A DNA stretch of 63,403 nt from an uncultured bacterium. GTDB taxonomy: Bacteria; Hinthialibacterota; Hinthialibacteria; Hinthialibacterales; Hinthialibacteraceae. The DNA lies in NCBI GenBank assembly GCA_964412555.1, contig CAYPPG010000047.1, positions 1 through 63,403 of the forward strand, given 5' to 3'. How positions within the stretch are numbered: position 1 is the first letter of the stretch; each line of letters begins with the position of its first letter. Below, piece after piece: positions 42,701-51,602 of the stretch. The notes under the pieces were generated by a model. The model ran no database searches and was not told the DNA's origin. It saw nothing but the letters and a program-made list of their open reading frames with translations. Both the position numbers and the translations under genes were made by a program.

Positions 42701-44125
42701 CTATTCATCACGCTTTTTCCCGCTATAGGCATGGGTGGAGTAGCCATAAAATTTCTCAGCACATTCCATAATCGTTTCGGATAGGGTTGGATGGGGGTGG
42801 ACGACTTCGGCCAAATCGCGGACCGTTGCGCCCATTTCAATGGCGAATGCGCCTTCGCTGATCATTTCACCGGCTCCTGCGCCCACGATTCCCACACCGA
42901 GAATCCGATCGGTCTCCGGTTCCACAATCAATTTCGTCAATCCATCCGGACGGTCGAAGCTAAGTGCACGTCCGGAAGCCGACCAGGGAAATTTCGCTGT
43001 CTGGATTTCAATGTTTCTTTCCTTCGCTTCATTTTCCGTCAGTCCACACCAAGCCAATTCGGGATCGGTAAAGACCACCGCCGGAACCACAACGTTTTCG
43101 AAAGAGGTAGACTCCCCAAGAATAGTATCCACGGCAACACGGGCTTCCCGTGCTGCTTTATGAGCCAACAGAGCACCGCCGACAACATCGCCGATGGCAT
43201 AAATCTTGTCATCCTTGGTCTGTTGATGCACATTGGCTTCAATAAAACCCTTAGCATCCGTGGTTACTTTTGTGTTCTTCAATCCCAAATCGAAGCAATT
43301 AGGAGCACGGCCGACGGAGACCAACACACGGTCATATTCCTCATCGTAAGGATCGGAATCTTCTTGCTGCAAAGTAACTTTGATCTTTTTGCCTTTCGTG
43401 GCCATCTTCAACACTTTCGTATTCACGCGGATTTCTTTGAACATTTTTGCGGATTGATCGTGGACATATTTGACTAAATCCTTATCCGCTCCGGCTAGAA
43501 TTGTTCCAAGCGCTTCCACGACAACCACGTTCGTACCGAAGGTCGCATAGACAATCCCTAATTCCATCCCGATATATCCACCACCGATAACCATCATATT
43601 TTGCGGGATTTCCTCGACTTCCAACGCTTGATCCGACGTCATAATTCGCGGATTGCCCAAATCGAAAGCGGAAGGCATAGCGGGAACAGAACCGACGGCA
43701 ATAATTGCTGCGTCATATTTGATGAATTTTTGCCCTTCTTCGGTTTCCACCCGCAACGTATTGGAGTCCTCGAAATGCCCTCGGCCATGCATCACTTCGA
43801 CTTTGCGGGCACCCGCTAGTTGGCGAATACCGGATGAAAGTTTATCCAAAATGGATTCTTTCCAATTCCGCATTTTATCCAAATCGATTTTGGGTTCTGT
43901 AAAGGTAACACCGCGAACTTCAGATTCTTTCGCTTCATCGATCAGTTTGGCCACGTGAAGGTAGGCTTTTGATGGAATACATCCCCGATTCAAACACACA
44001 CCACCCACCCGTGGATCCTTATCGACCAGAATAACTTTTTTCCCTTTATCCGCCGCATAGAAAGCCGCGGCATATCCACCGGGACCGGCTCCGAGAACAA
44101 CGATTTCCGTTTGGATTGGTTCCAT
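42701..44125 (-). CDS. lpdA: Dihydrolipoamide dehydrogenase (E3)
   Basis: GAGPGGY, CLNRGCIPSK, HPHPTLSE. Confidence 0.96.
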   Translation of the reverse strand: MEPIQTEIVVLGAGPGGYAAAFYAADKGKKVILVDKDPRVGGVCLNRGCIPSKAYLHVAKLIDEAKESEVRGVTFTEPKIDLDKMRNWKESILDKLSSGIRQLAGARKVEVMHGRGHFEDSNTLRVETEEGQKFIKYDAAIIAVGSVPAMPSAFDLGNPRIMTSDQALEVEEIPQNMMVIGGGYIGMELGIVYATFGTNVVVVEALGTILAGADKDLVKYVHDQSAKMFKEIRVNTKVLKMATKGKKIKVTLQQEDSDPYDEEYDRVLVSVGRAPNCFDLGLKNTKVTTDAKGFIEANVHQQTKDDKIYAIGDVVGGALLAHKAAREARVAVDTILGESTSFENVVVPAVVFTDPELAWCGLTENEAKERNIEIQTAKFPWSASGRALSFDRPDGLTKLIVEPETDRILGVGIVGAGAGEMISEGAFAIEMGATVRDLAEVVHPHPTLSETIMECAEKFYGYSTHAYSGKKRDE

Positions 44126-44200
44126 GTTTTGCTTCCTTATCATTTATCCATTTTATAAGCCAATAAATATACTTCGTTGGCAGAATGCCAACTTTTCAGA

Positions 44201-44223
44201 TACCGCCGGGACGGCGGCGTTAC
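44201..44223 (-). repeat. REP-like palindrome overlapping the aceF stop
   Basis: Minus strand GTAAC-GCCGCC-GTCCC-GGCGGTA; nearly identical to 45610-45632. Confidence 0.75.
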
Positions 44224-45539
44224 AATTTCACTTCGCTTTTCTCAAAATTTTCGTACGCATTCACGATTTCCGTAATGAAGCGCGCCCCATCTGCACCGTC
44301 GATCACGCGGTGATCGTAGGAAACGCACAACGGTAGCGTTGTGCGCACTTCGACTTTCTTCCCATCGAGCGAAACAGGCTTGGTGACGCCTTTTCCGATT
44401 CCTAGAATTGCGACATTGGGCTTATAGACGATCGGTGTAAAATGAGTGCCACCGATACCGCCGAGATTGGAGATCGTAAAAGAACTACCTTTCAGGTCTT
44501 CTCCGCTGAGTTTTCGGTCTCTCGCCTTTTCGGCGATTTCCTGTAATTCTTTCGAAAGATCGAATAGGCTTTTTTCATTGGCATCGCGAATCACGGGGAC
44601 GATCAATCCATCGGGCGTATCAACCGCAATCCCGATATGCATATATTTTTTGTACACGATTTCCTGGGTCGTCTCATCCAAACTCGAATTGAAAATCGGA
44701 TATTTTTCCAATGCCTTGCACACCACTTTGATGGCAAAAGCGGTCAAGGTCAATTTGGCACCTTGCTCTTCATAAGCGGATTTGTGTTTTTTCCGTAAAG
44801 AAAGCATGTCCGTAATATCCGCTTCATCAAGTTGATAAACATGCGGCACGGTCGTCCAAAAATCGAGAACGTTCTTGCCGATTGTTTTCCGTAAAGAAGA
44901 AAGTGGCTTTTTCTCGATTGAACCCCATTTCGAGAAATCGATCGATTGCTGCTGCGCCGTTGCAGGACGTTTTTGTGCTTCTTTCAGTTTCCCAAAGGCA
45001 ACGTCCTGTAATCGTTTGATATAGGTTTTGATATCTTCCAGAACAATTCGTCCACCGCGGGCAGATCCGCGCACCCGGGTCAAATCCAATCCGATATCTT
45101 TCGCCAGTTTACGAATTGTGGGAGACGCCGGAGGCGGATAACCGCTACGCGATTCATATTGATATCCTAAAATGGGATCGACAGTGGATACATCCAAAGA
45201 ATCTAATTTATATCCTTGTTCTTGAACCGGCGCCGGTCGTTCCGGTTTTTCTTCGGCCTCTTCTTCGGTTTTTTCTTCGGGTTTCTCTTTTGCTTCTTCC
45301 TCTTTTCCATCTGTGGAGAGGGAAGCAATCACCTGACCGACGGTAACCGTATCGCCTTCATTGACGTGAATCTTTTTCACGACACCGGCTTCCGTCGAGG
45401 GAATCGGTGCCGTCGCCTTCTCGTTCTCGATCTCGATGATCGTTTGATCTTTGTCGACCTGATCGCCTTCCTCTACGAGAACGGAAACCACGGTACCGGA
45501 ATCCGCTCCCTCCGCCAAACGTGGTAATCGTATGTCCAT
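44220..45539 (-). CDS. aceF: Pyruvate dehydrogenase E2 (single lipoyl domain)
   Basis: Lipoyl motif ENEKAT, E3-binding ASP.IRKLA, DHRVIDGA. Confidence 0.92.
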   Translation of the reverse strand: MDIRLPRLAEGADSGTVVSVLVEEGDQVDKDQTIIEIENEKATAPIPSTEAGVVKKIHVNEGDTVTVGQVIASLSTDGKEEEAKEKPEEKTEEEAEEKPERPAPVQEQGYKLDSLDVSTVDPILGYQYESRSGYPPPASPTIRKLAKDIGLDLTRVRGSARGGRIVLEDIKTYIKRLQDVAFGKLKEAQKRPATAQQQSIDFSKWGSIEKKPLSSLRKTIGKNVLDFWTTVPHVYQLDEADITDMLSLRKKHKSAYEEQGAKLTLTAFAIKVVCKALEKYPIFNSSLDETTQEIVYKKYMHIGIAVDTPDGLIVPVIRDANEKSLFDLSKELQEIAEKARDRKLSGEDLKGSSFTISNLGGIGGTHFTPIVYKPNVAILGIGKGVTKPVSLDGKKVEVRTTLPLCVSYDHRVIDGADGARFITEIVNAYENFEKSEVKL

Positions 45540-45567
45540 CAGGGTTCCCCTTTGTTTTCTTGAAAAT

Positions 45568-45600
45568 ATTGTGGTGCAGACCTCTGGTCTGCACCACAAT
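45568..45600. repeat. 15-bp perfect palindrome between aceE and aceF
   Basis: ATTGTGGTGCAGACC-TCT-GGTCTGCACCACAAT; core repeated at 13020-13039. Confidence 0.8.
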
Positions 45601-45609
45601 TACAGTACA

Positions 45610-45632
45610 TGCCGCCGGGACGGCGGCGTTCC
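45610..45632 (-). repeat. REP-like palindrome just after the aceE stop
   Basis: Minus strand GGAAC-GCCGCC-GTCCC-GGCGGC-A. Confidence 0.75.
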
Positions 45633-45634
45633 GT

Positions 45635-48289
45635 TTACAAAATCTCCGGAAACGCTTTTTCCGGATCGAAATCCAAATCGTTGATCGCTTGAGCGACCAT
45701 CTTGCGATCCATTTTTGCCTTTTCGGCTAATTGGTAAAGTGTCGCGATCACTGTTGATTCCGCATCGATTTCGAAGAAACGGCGGAGATTTTTGCGGGTA
45801 TCGCTTCGTCCGAATCCGTCGGTTCCGAGAGTCATCAATCCGCCCGGCACCCAGGGAGCGATTTGTTCGGGGACTATTTTCATGTAGTCGGAAACGGCAA
45901 TGAATACCCCTTCTTCATTTTCCAGGATTGTTTCGAGATATGATTTTTTCGGCTCTTCGTTTGGATGCAACATATTCCAACGGCGTACTTTCAACGCTTC
46001 GGAGCGTAGACTTTTATAACTTGTCGCACTCCAAACGTCAGCAGAAACATCATATTTTTCAGCCAGAATCCGTTGGGCTTCGAGTGCCATATTCATGATT
46101 GGTCCGCTGCTAAAAATATGCGCTTTGTGTTTGCCGCTCTCACCGGCTTTGAATTTATAGAGTCCTTTCAAGATTCCCTCTTCGGCGTTTTCCGGCATTT
46201 CGGGCTGGGGATAATTTTCATTGTATAGAGTTAAATAGTAAAAGATTTCTTCCCCTTCCTTATACATCCGCCGAAGCCCGTCCTGCAGGATAACTGCTAT
46301 TTCATAGGCAAAAGCAGGATCGTAAGCCAATAAATTCGGAATCGTGCTGGCGAGAAGGTGGCTGTGACCATCCTGGTGCTGCAAACCTTCCCCGTTCAAG
46401 GTAGTTCTGCCTGCTGTTCCCCCTAATAGAAATCCTTTCGTTCGGCTGTCACCGGCCAACCACATCAAATCGCCGACGCGTTGAAATCCGAACATCGAAT
46501 AGTAAGTGAACATGGGGATCATATTGATTCCCAAATTGGAATAAGCCGTACCGGCTGCCACAAAGGAAGACATTGAACCGGCTTCCGTGATTCCCTCTTC
46601 CAGTATTTGGCCGTCTTTGGCTTCCTGATAAAACAGGAGGGTTTCTTTGTCGACTGGCTCATATAGTTGCCCGCGTGAAGAATAAATACCATACTGGCGG
46701 AATAGGGCATCCATGCCGAAAGTACGTGCCTCATCCGGGATAATGGGGACGATATGCTTACCAATATCCTTGTTTCTCAAAAGTTTTGTCAAGATACGAA
46801 CATAGGCCATCGTTGTGGATATTTCTTGATCGGGAGATCCTTTGAGAAAGTCGGCGAAATAATCCATTTCCGGAACGTTCAACGGTTCCGCCTTCGGATT
46901 ACGTTTCGGAAGATACCCCCCCAATTCCTTCCGACGTTCCATGAGATATTGAATTTCCGGACTATCTTTTTCCGGCCGGTAAAACGGTGTTTCGACAACG
47001 TCTTCGTCGCTCAGCGGGATATCGAAGCGAGCGCGGAATTCGCGCAACTCTTTTTCGTTCAGTTTTTTCTGTTGGTGGGTAATGTTTCGGCCTTCACCCG
47101 CTTCTCCCAAGCCATAGCCTTTCACAGTTTTGGCGAGAATAACGGTTGGCTGTCCTTGGTGTTCAACCGCGGCTTTATAAGCGGCATAGACTTTTTTAGG
47201 ATCATGGCCGCCGCGCATTAATTTGCGGATTTCATCGTCGGTAAGATGATTGACCAGTTCCAACAATTGCGGATATTTGCTGAAAAAGTGTTTACGAGTA
47301 TAACTTCCCGGTTCGACAGAATATTTTTGATAATCGCCGTCAACCGCTTCATCCATTCGCTTGATCAATAGACCGCTTTTATCTGCTTCAAAGAGGGGAT
47401 CCCAGTTCGAACCCCAGATGACTTTGATGACATTCCACCCGGCACCACGGAAAATCGACTCCAATTCCTGGATGATTTTGGTATTCCCTCGAACAGGACC
47501 GTCGAGACGCTGCAAGTTGCAATTCACGACCCAGATTAAATTATCCAGTTTCTCGCGAGCGGCCAGCGTAAGGGAGCCTAATGTTTCGGGTTCATCGGTT
47601 TCGCCGTCCCCAACGAAGCACCAGACATTCGGTTCTTCCCCCTTTAGTAATCCCCGATGCTGCAAATACCGTATAAAACGCGCGTGATAGATGGAAGTAA
47701 TCGGTCCAAGTCCCATCGAAACCGTCGGGAATTGCCAAAAATCGGGCATGAGATAGGGATGAGGATAAGAAGAAAGTCCGCCGCCTTCCTGCAATTCCTG
47801 GCGAAAATTATGCAAATGGGTGGCTTCGAGGCGGTGTTCTAAAAATGCCCGAGCGTAAGGGCCAGGGGTTCCGTGGCCTTGAAAATACACCAAATCCGCC
47901 AATCGGTCTCCGTCTCCGCCGCGGAAAAAATGGTTTTGGCCGACTTCACAGAGCGTAGCCGAGGAAGCATAAGTCGAGATATGGCCACCAAGACCCGCAT
48001 GTATCCGGTTTGCCTGTACAACCATGGCCATAGCGTTCCATCGAACCATGCTTTTGATCCGGCGCTCAATTTGCCGGTCTCCCGGATACGGAGGTTCCTC
48101 TTCAGGCGGGATTGTATTGACATAAGGTGAACTCACGGGAATGGGCACATCGGTTCCGTCTTTGCGCAGTCGCCGGGCAACGGAATTCAAGAAAAAAGAG
48201 GAACGATAGGGTTCCTCGTCCTCCAAAGAATGTCCTACCACATGCTCCAGTGAGTCGTAAAAGTTTTCATGATCTGTTTTTTTATTCAT
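45635..48289 (-). CDS. aceE: Pyruvate dehydrogenase E1, homodimeric type
   Basis: GGHIS, LSSYPHP, PTVSMGLGP, GDGETDEPE, NCNLQRLDGPV, GEGLQH. Confidence 0.96.
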   Translation of the reverse strand: MNKKTDHENFYDSLEHVVGHSLEDEEPYRSSFFLNSVARRLRKDGTDVPIPVSSPYVNTIPPEEEPPYPGDRQIERRIKSMVRWNAMAMVVQANRIHAGLGGHISTYASSATLCEVGQNHFFRGGDGDRLADLVYFQGHGTPGPYARAFLEHRLEATHLHNFRQELQEGGGLSSYPHPYLMPDFWQFPTVSMGLGPITSIYHARFIRYLQHRGLLKGEEPNVWCFVGDGETDEPETLGSLTLAAREKLDNLIWVVNCNLQRLDGPVRGNTKIIQELESIFRGAGWNVIKVIWGSNWDPLFEADKSGLLIKRMDEAVDGDYQKYSVEPGSYTRKHFFSKYPQLLELVNHLTDDEIRKLMRGGHDPKKVYAAYKAAVEHQGQPTVILAKTVKGYGLGEAGEGRNITHQQKKLNEKELREFRARFDIPLSDEDVVETPFYRPEKDSPEIQYLMERRKELGGYLPKRNPKAEPLNVPEMDYFADFLKGSPDQEISTTMAYVRILTKLLRNKDIGKHIVPIIPDEARTFGMDALFRQYGIYSSRGQLYEPVDKETLLFYQEAKDGQILEEGITEAGSMSSFVAAGTAYSNLGINMIPMFTYYSMFGFQRVGDLMWLAGDSRTKGFLLGGTAGRTTLNGEGLQHQDGHSHLLASTIPNLLAYDPAFAYEIAVILQDGLRRMYKEGEEIFYYLTLYNENYPQPEMPENAEEGILKGLYKFKAGESGKHKAHIFSSGPIMNMALEAQRILAEKYDVSADVWSATSYKSLRSEALKVRRWNMLHPNEEPKKSYLETILENEEGVFIAVSDYMKIVPEQIAPWVPGGLMTLGTDGFGRSDTRKNLRRFFEIDAESTVIATLYQLAEKAKMDRKMVAQAINDLDFDPEKAFPEIL

Positions 48290-48436
48290 GTTTCCCTCAT
48301 CATATGCGTAAAAAACGGTTCACACAAACACGTTGTTATTGCACCTGTTCTCTTGATATTGACGGCTGCGAAATGAATGCAAGAATCAACACCGGTGTAA
48401 AATATTCATAGTGTAGCCGGAAAAATTGATTTGAGA

Positions 48437-49156
48437 ATGAAATATCTCGATTTGACCTTTACTGATCCTTATGCCAATGTGGCTTGTGACGAAGCATTGT
48501 TGAATGTATGCGAAAGCGGATTCGATCACTCGATATTGCGCTTTTGGGAATCCGATCAATATTTTGTTGTACTCGGAATTTCCAATAAAATCAACCAGGA
48601 GGCCGACCTTGCCGCTTGCACACGTGATAAGATTCCGGTCCTGCGCCGTTGCAGCGGTGGGGGCACCGTTCTTCAAGGTCCCGGCTGTTTTAATTATTCG
48701 CTGATTTTAAAAATAGAAGATTATCCACAAATCAAAAATATACAAGATACTCACAAATTTGTTCTTGAACAACACAGGCAAGCGTTTCAACCGTATGTTC
48801 AAGGGGAAATCCGCCATCTGGGCATTTGCGACCTAGCGATCAATCGATTGAAATTTTCCGGCAACGCTCAGCGGAGGAAAAAACGTTTTGTTCTGTATCA
48901 TGGAACTTTGTTATTGGATTTCGACTTACATTTGATCCGGAAATACCTTCGAATGCCGGAGGATCAACCGGAGTACCGGAACAAACGTTCACATCAGGAT
49001 TTTTTGATCAATTTGTCTATTCCGGCTGATATAGTCAAGCAGATATTGCTGGAAACCTGGGGAAGTACCGAAGTTTTTCGGGAAATCCCCCATTCTCTTA
49101 TTGATGAATTGATCGAGACAAAATATGCCACCAACAATTGGACATACAAGTTTTAA
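48437..49156 (+). CDS. Lipoate-protein ligase family protein (short form)
   Basis: RRCSGGGTV, KFSGNAQ, HGTLL; divergent from the PDH operon. Confidence 0.9.
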   Translation: MKYLDLTFTDPYANVACDEALLNVCESGFDHSILRFWESDQYFVVLGISNKINQEADLAACTRDKIPVLRRCSGGGTVLQGPGCFNYSLILKIEDYPQIKNIQDTHKFVLEQHRQAFQPYVQGEIRHLGICDLAINRLKFSGNAQRRKKRFVLYHGTLLLDFDLHLIRKYLRMPEDQPEYRNKRSHQDFLINLSIPADIVKQILLETWGSTEVFREIPHSLIDELIETKYATNNWTYKF

Positions 49157-49237
49157 ATTTCTTTCATATCCATCCAAAATTATCTGAAGGATTCTTCGAA
49201 CAAAATAATACCACTTCTCTTTTCCCTACAAATTTAC

Positions 49238-49266
49238 TTGATTCATCCAAGAAAAATCTATAGAAT
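49238..49266 (+). promoter_or_regulatory. Sigma70-type promoter of the pilin-like gene
   Basis: TTGATT-17-TAGAAT. Confidence 0.6.
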
Positions 49267-49301
49267 GACGAAGGAATTGATAAACCGAAAGGGGATATGG
49301 A

Positions 49302-49886
49302 ATGAGAAAGAATGCCTTTACCCTGATTGAACTCCTTATTGTCGTCGCTATCATCGGTGTGCTTGCCGCCATCGCGGTTCCTAATTTTATCAATGCTCGT
49401 GTACGTGCGATGGTCGCCAAGGTAGAGGGGGAATTCAAGACGATGGCCAATGCGCTCGAAATGTACAAAATGGATCGAGGTAAATATCCCCCCTTCGTCG
49501 ATCCATCTGGGGTGAATATCAATCCGGTCAACCGGCGATTGATCCCTTTGACCACACCGGTTGCCTATTTGGCGGCGGTCCCGCAAGATCCGTTTCTGGA
49601 AGCTCGGTATGGGGAACGGGTCGTTCCTGGCCAGCATGAAGCGTATGTGACGTATGATTATGTCGATGCATGGACGATTATTCATAATGCCAAGCGTGCT
49701 GTTGTCGGTTCAAGCCTTCGTTGTTGTGAATGGCAGATATCCAGTGCGGGTCCTGATTACGATGCCGACACATACGGAACCGCTCCAACCTGGGACGCTA
49801 CCAATGGTCTGACCAGCCGGGGAGATATGATCAAACTGGGGCCGCCGACTTCGTTTCCCTGTGATCCTAGTTTGATTGGGATTTAA
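49302..49886 (+). CDS. Prepilin-type (class III signal) GspG-like pseudopilin
   Basis: A|FTLIELLIVVAIIGVLAAIAVPNF; LE.Y..D.G.YP; P.DPF; SAGPD; WDATNGLTSRGD. Confidence 0.88.
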   Translation: MRKNAFTLIELLIVVAIIGVLAAIAVPNFINARVRAMVAKVEGEFKTMANALEMYKMDRGKYPPFVDPSGVNINPVNRRLIPLTTPVAYLAAVPQDPFLEARYGERVVPGQHEAYVTYDYVDAWTIIHNAKRAVVGSSLRCCEWQISSAGPDYDADTYGTAPTWDATNGLTSRGDMIKLGPPTSFPCDPSLIGI

Positions 49887-49918
49887 AATATTCTTCCCTT
49901 CTTGCACATGCTAGACAA

Positions 49919-50923
49919 TTAAGAATCTAATTTTTGCAAACAGGCTCGAAGGACTGTGTCGGGAGATAATTCATTCATACACTTCACATGCTCACACCGT
50001 TTCTGAAAACAGGGGCCGCACTCCACTGTAACAGACAATGAAGCCGCAGACGGATCATACGGCCCCGTCAATTTCGGATTGGTTGGACCGAACAAAGCCA
50101 CCGTTTTGGTTCCCACTGCGGAGGCTAAATGCATCGGTGCAGAATCGTTCCCAACAAACAAATCGGATTCTTCGAGCAAGGCTCCCAACTCCAAAATCGA
50201 AATTTTGCCACACAAATTCAGAGACGGATTTTTCATTCGACTTACCATTTCGTCCACGATTTCAACTTCATCCGGCGCCCCGGATAAAACGATGTTCGCT
50301 CCATTCTGCTCAATCAAACGATCCGCCAATTGGGCATAATGATGGGGCGGCCAACATTTTGTATTCCATCTTGCGGTGGGACAAATGGTGATCAACGGGC
50401 GTTGAGCGGATAATTCCGATAACAATTCATGGATATGTTCCCGATGTGTCTCTGTGATCGGAATCGGGAAGGAGACTGTTTCCAAGCGTGGAGCTCCAAG
50501 TGCTTCGCAGAGCGAAACATAACGTTCGACGGCGTGCATCGAGTGAGTTGGAATATCGAAGGTTTCCGTATAAAAATATATTGAACCTTCCCGCCCGCTT
50601 CGATAACCAATCCTTCTTGGAGAACCGGTCATGCAAGACAACAAAGCGGATCGAAATAGGCATTGAAAGTCGATGACCGTATCGAAACGCGGAGTTCTCA
50701 TTTCACGAAGCAGTAAAGGAATTTGCCGCCATAAAAATTTCCGCCGGTCGATGGTGATAACATGATCGATAAGTGGATGGTTCATGACAATTTCTGCATT
50801 GTTTTTAAAAATCAGCCATGTGATCCGGATCGAGTGAAAACGGGTTTTCAAAATCGGCAACACGCTCGTCGCTTGAATAACATCTCCCAATGCCGAAGGT
50901 TTGATAATCAAGATGTTTTTCAT
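49919..50923 (-). CDS. GT9 LPS heptosyltransferase (WaaF/WaaC-like)
   Basis: IKPSALGDVI, K.WP, GNDSAPMHLA, LFGPT. Confidence 0.9.
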   Translation of the reverse strand: MKNILIIKPSALGDVIQATSVLPILKTRFHSIRITWLIFKNNAEIVMNHPLIDHVITIDRRKFLWRQIPLLLREMRTPRFDTVIDFQCLFRSALLSCMTGSPRRIGYRSGREGSIYFYTETFDIPTHSMHAVERYVSLCEALGAPRLETVSFPIPITETHREHIHELLSELSAQRPLITICPTARWNTKCWPPHHYAQLADRLIEQNGANIVLSGAPDEVEIVDEMVSRMKNPSLNLCGKISILELGALLEESDLFVGNDSAPMHLASAVGTKTVALFGPTNPKLTGPYDPSAASLSVTVECGPCFQKRCEHVKCMNELSPDTVLRACLQKLDS

Positions 50924-51027
50924 GGATCTTTTCTTTCTTCTAAGTCTCCACGATGCATTGAAATTCGACTACACTATCTTCGATAAACGTTCTTTCGGGA
51001 ACAGAACACATTATCCCATGGCAAAAC

Positions 51028-51597
51028 ATGAAATCACGAACACCCAATCTTCAACCTGTGATACGCGCATTGGTGCAGGATGCGCAAAACAGCCGTGCTC
51101 GGTTGCGTAAACTGGAACAACATTCTCTTATTCTGAAAATTTTGATCGGCGTGATCGTTCTCCTTTTTTTCATTTTCTTTTGGCTTCAACTCTCTTCCGA
51201 TAAAATCATTACGGCCAAACAATATATCGTTATCGATCAAAAGGGGAACTACCGATGCATTCTCGGTCCGTCCGGATTAACCATTCTCGATGATTCGATG
51301 AAGAAAAGAGCCTCTTTTTTGATTCGGCCGGAGGGGAATCCCGTCATGTCCTTGTTTGACGAAAAGGAAGCATTACGCTTACAATTTAGTTTGGACGAGA
51401 AAGGAAAACCCCAGGTCGTTTCCTATGAAGAGCAGCCCGATATGCAGTTATCCGATATCACACCTTCCAACGAAGATGAAGATGTGATGCCCCCTCAACC
51501 AACCGCTACAATTAAGGCGGCTACAGAAACCCTCTCTCCAACCAAATCCCCTTTATCGGCAACGGATACTATCCGAGAAAGTACTACCATGCAATAA
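51028..51597 (+). CDS. Hypothetical bitopic membrane protein
   Basis: Coiled-coil, one TM, repeated 'L.D..G..R' beta-hairpins, P/T-rich tail. Confidence 0.65.
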   Translation: MKSRTPNLQPVIRALVQDAQNSRARLRKLEQHSLILKILIGVIVLLFFIFFWLQLSSDKIITAKQYIVIDQKGNYRCILGPSGLTILDDSMKKRASFLIRPEGNPVMSLFDEKEALRLQFSLDEKGKPQVVSYEEQPDMQLSDITPSNEDEDVMPPQPTATIKAATETLSPTKSPLSATDTIRESTTMQ

Positions 51598-51602
51598 ACG
51601 AT

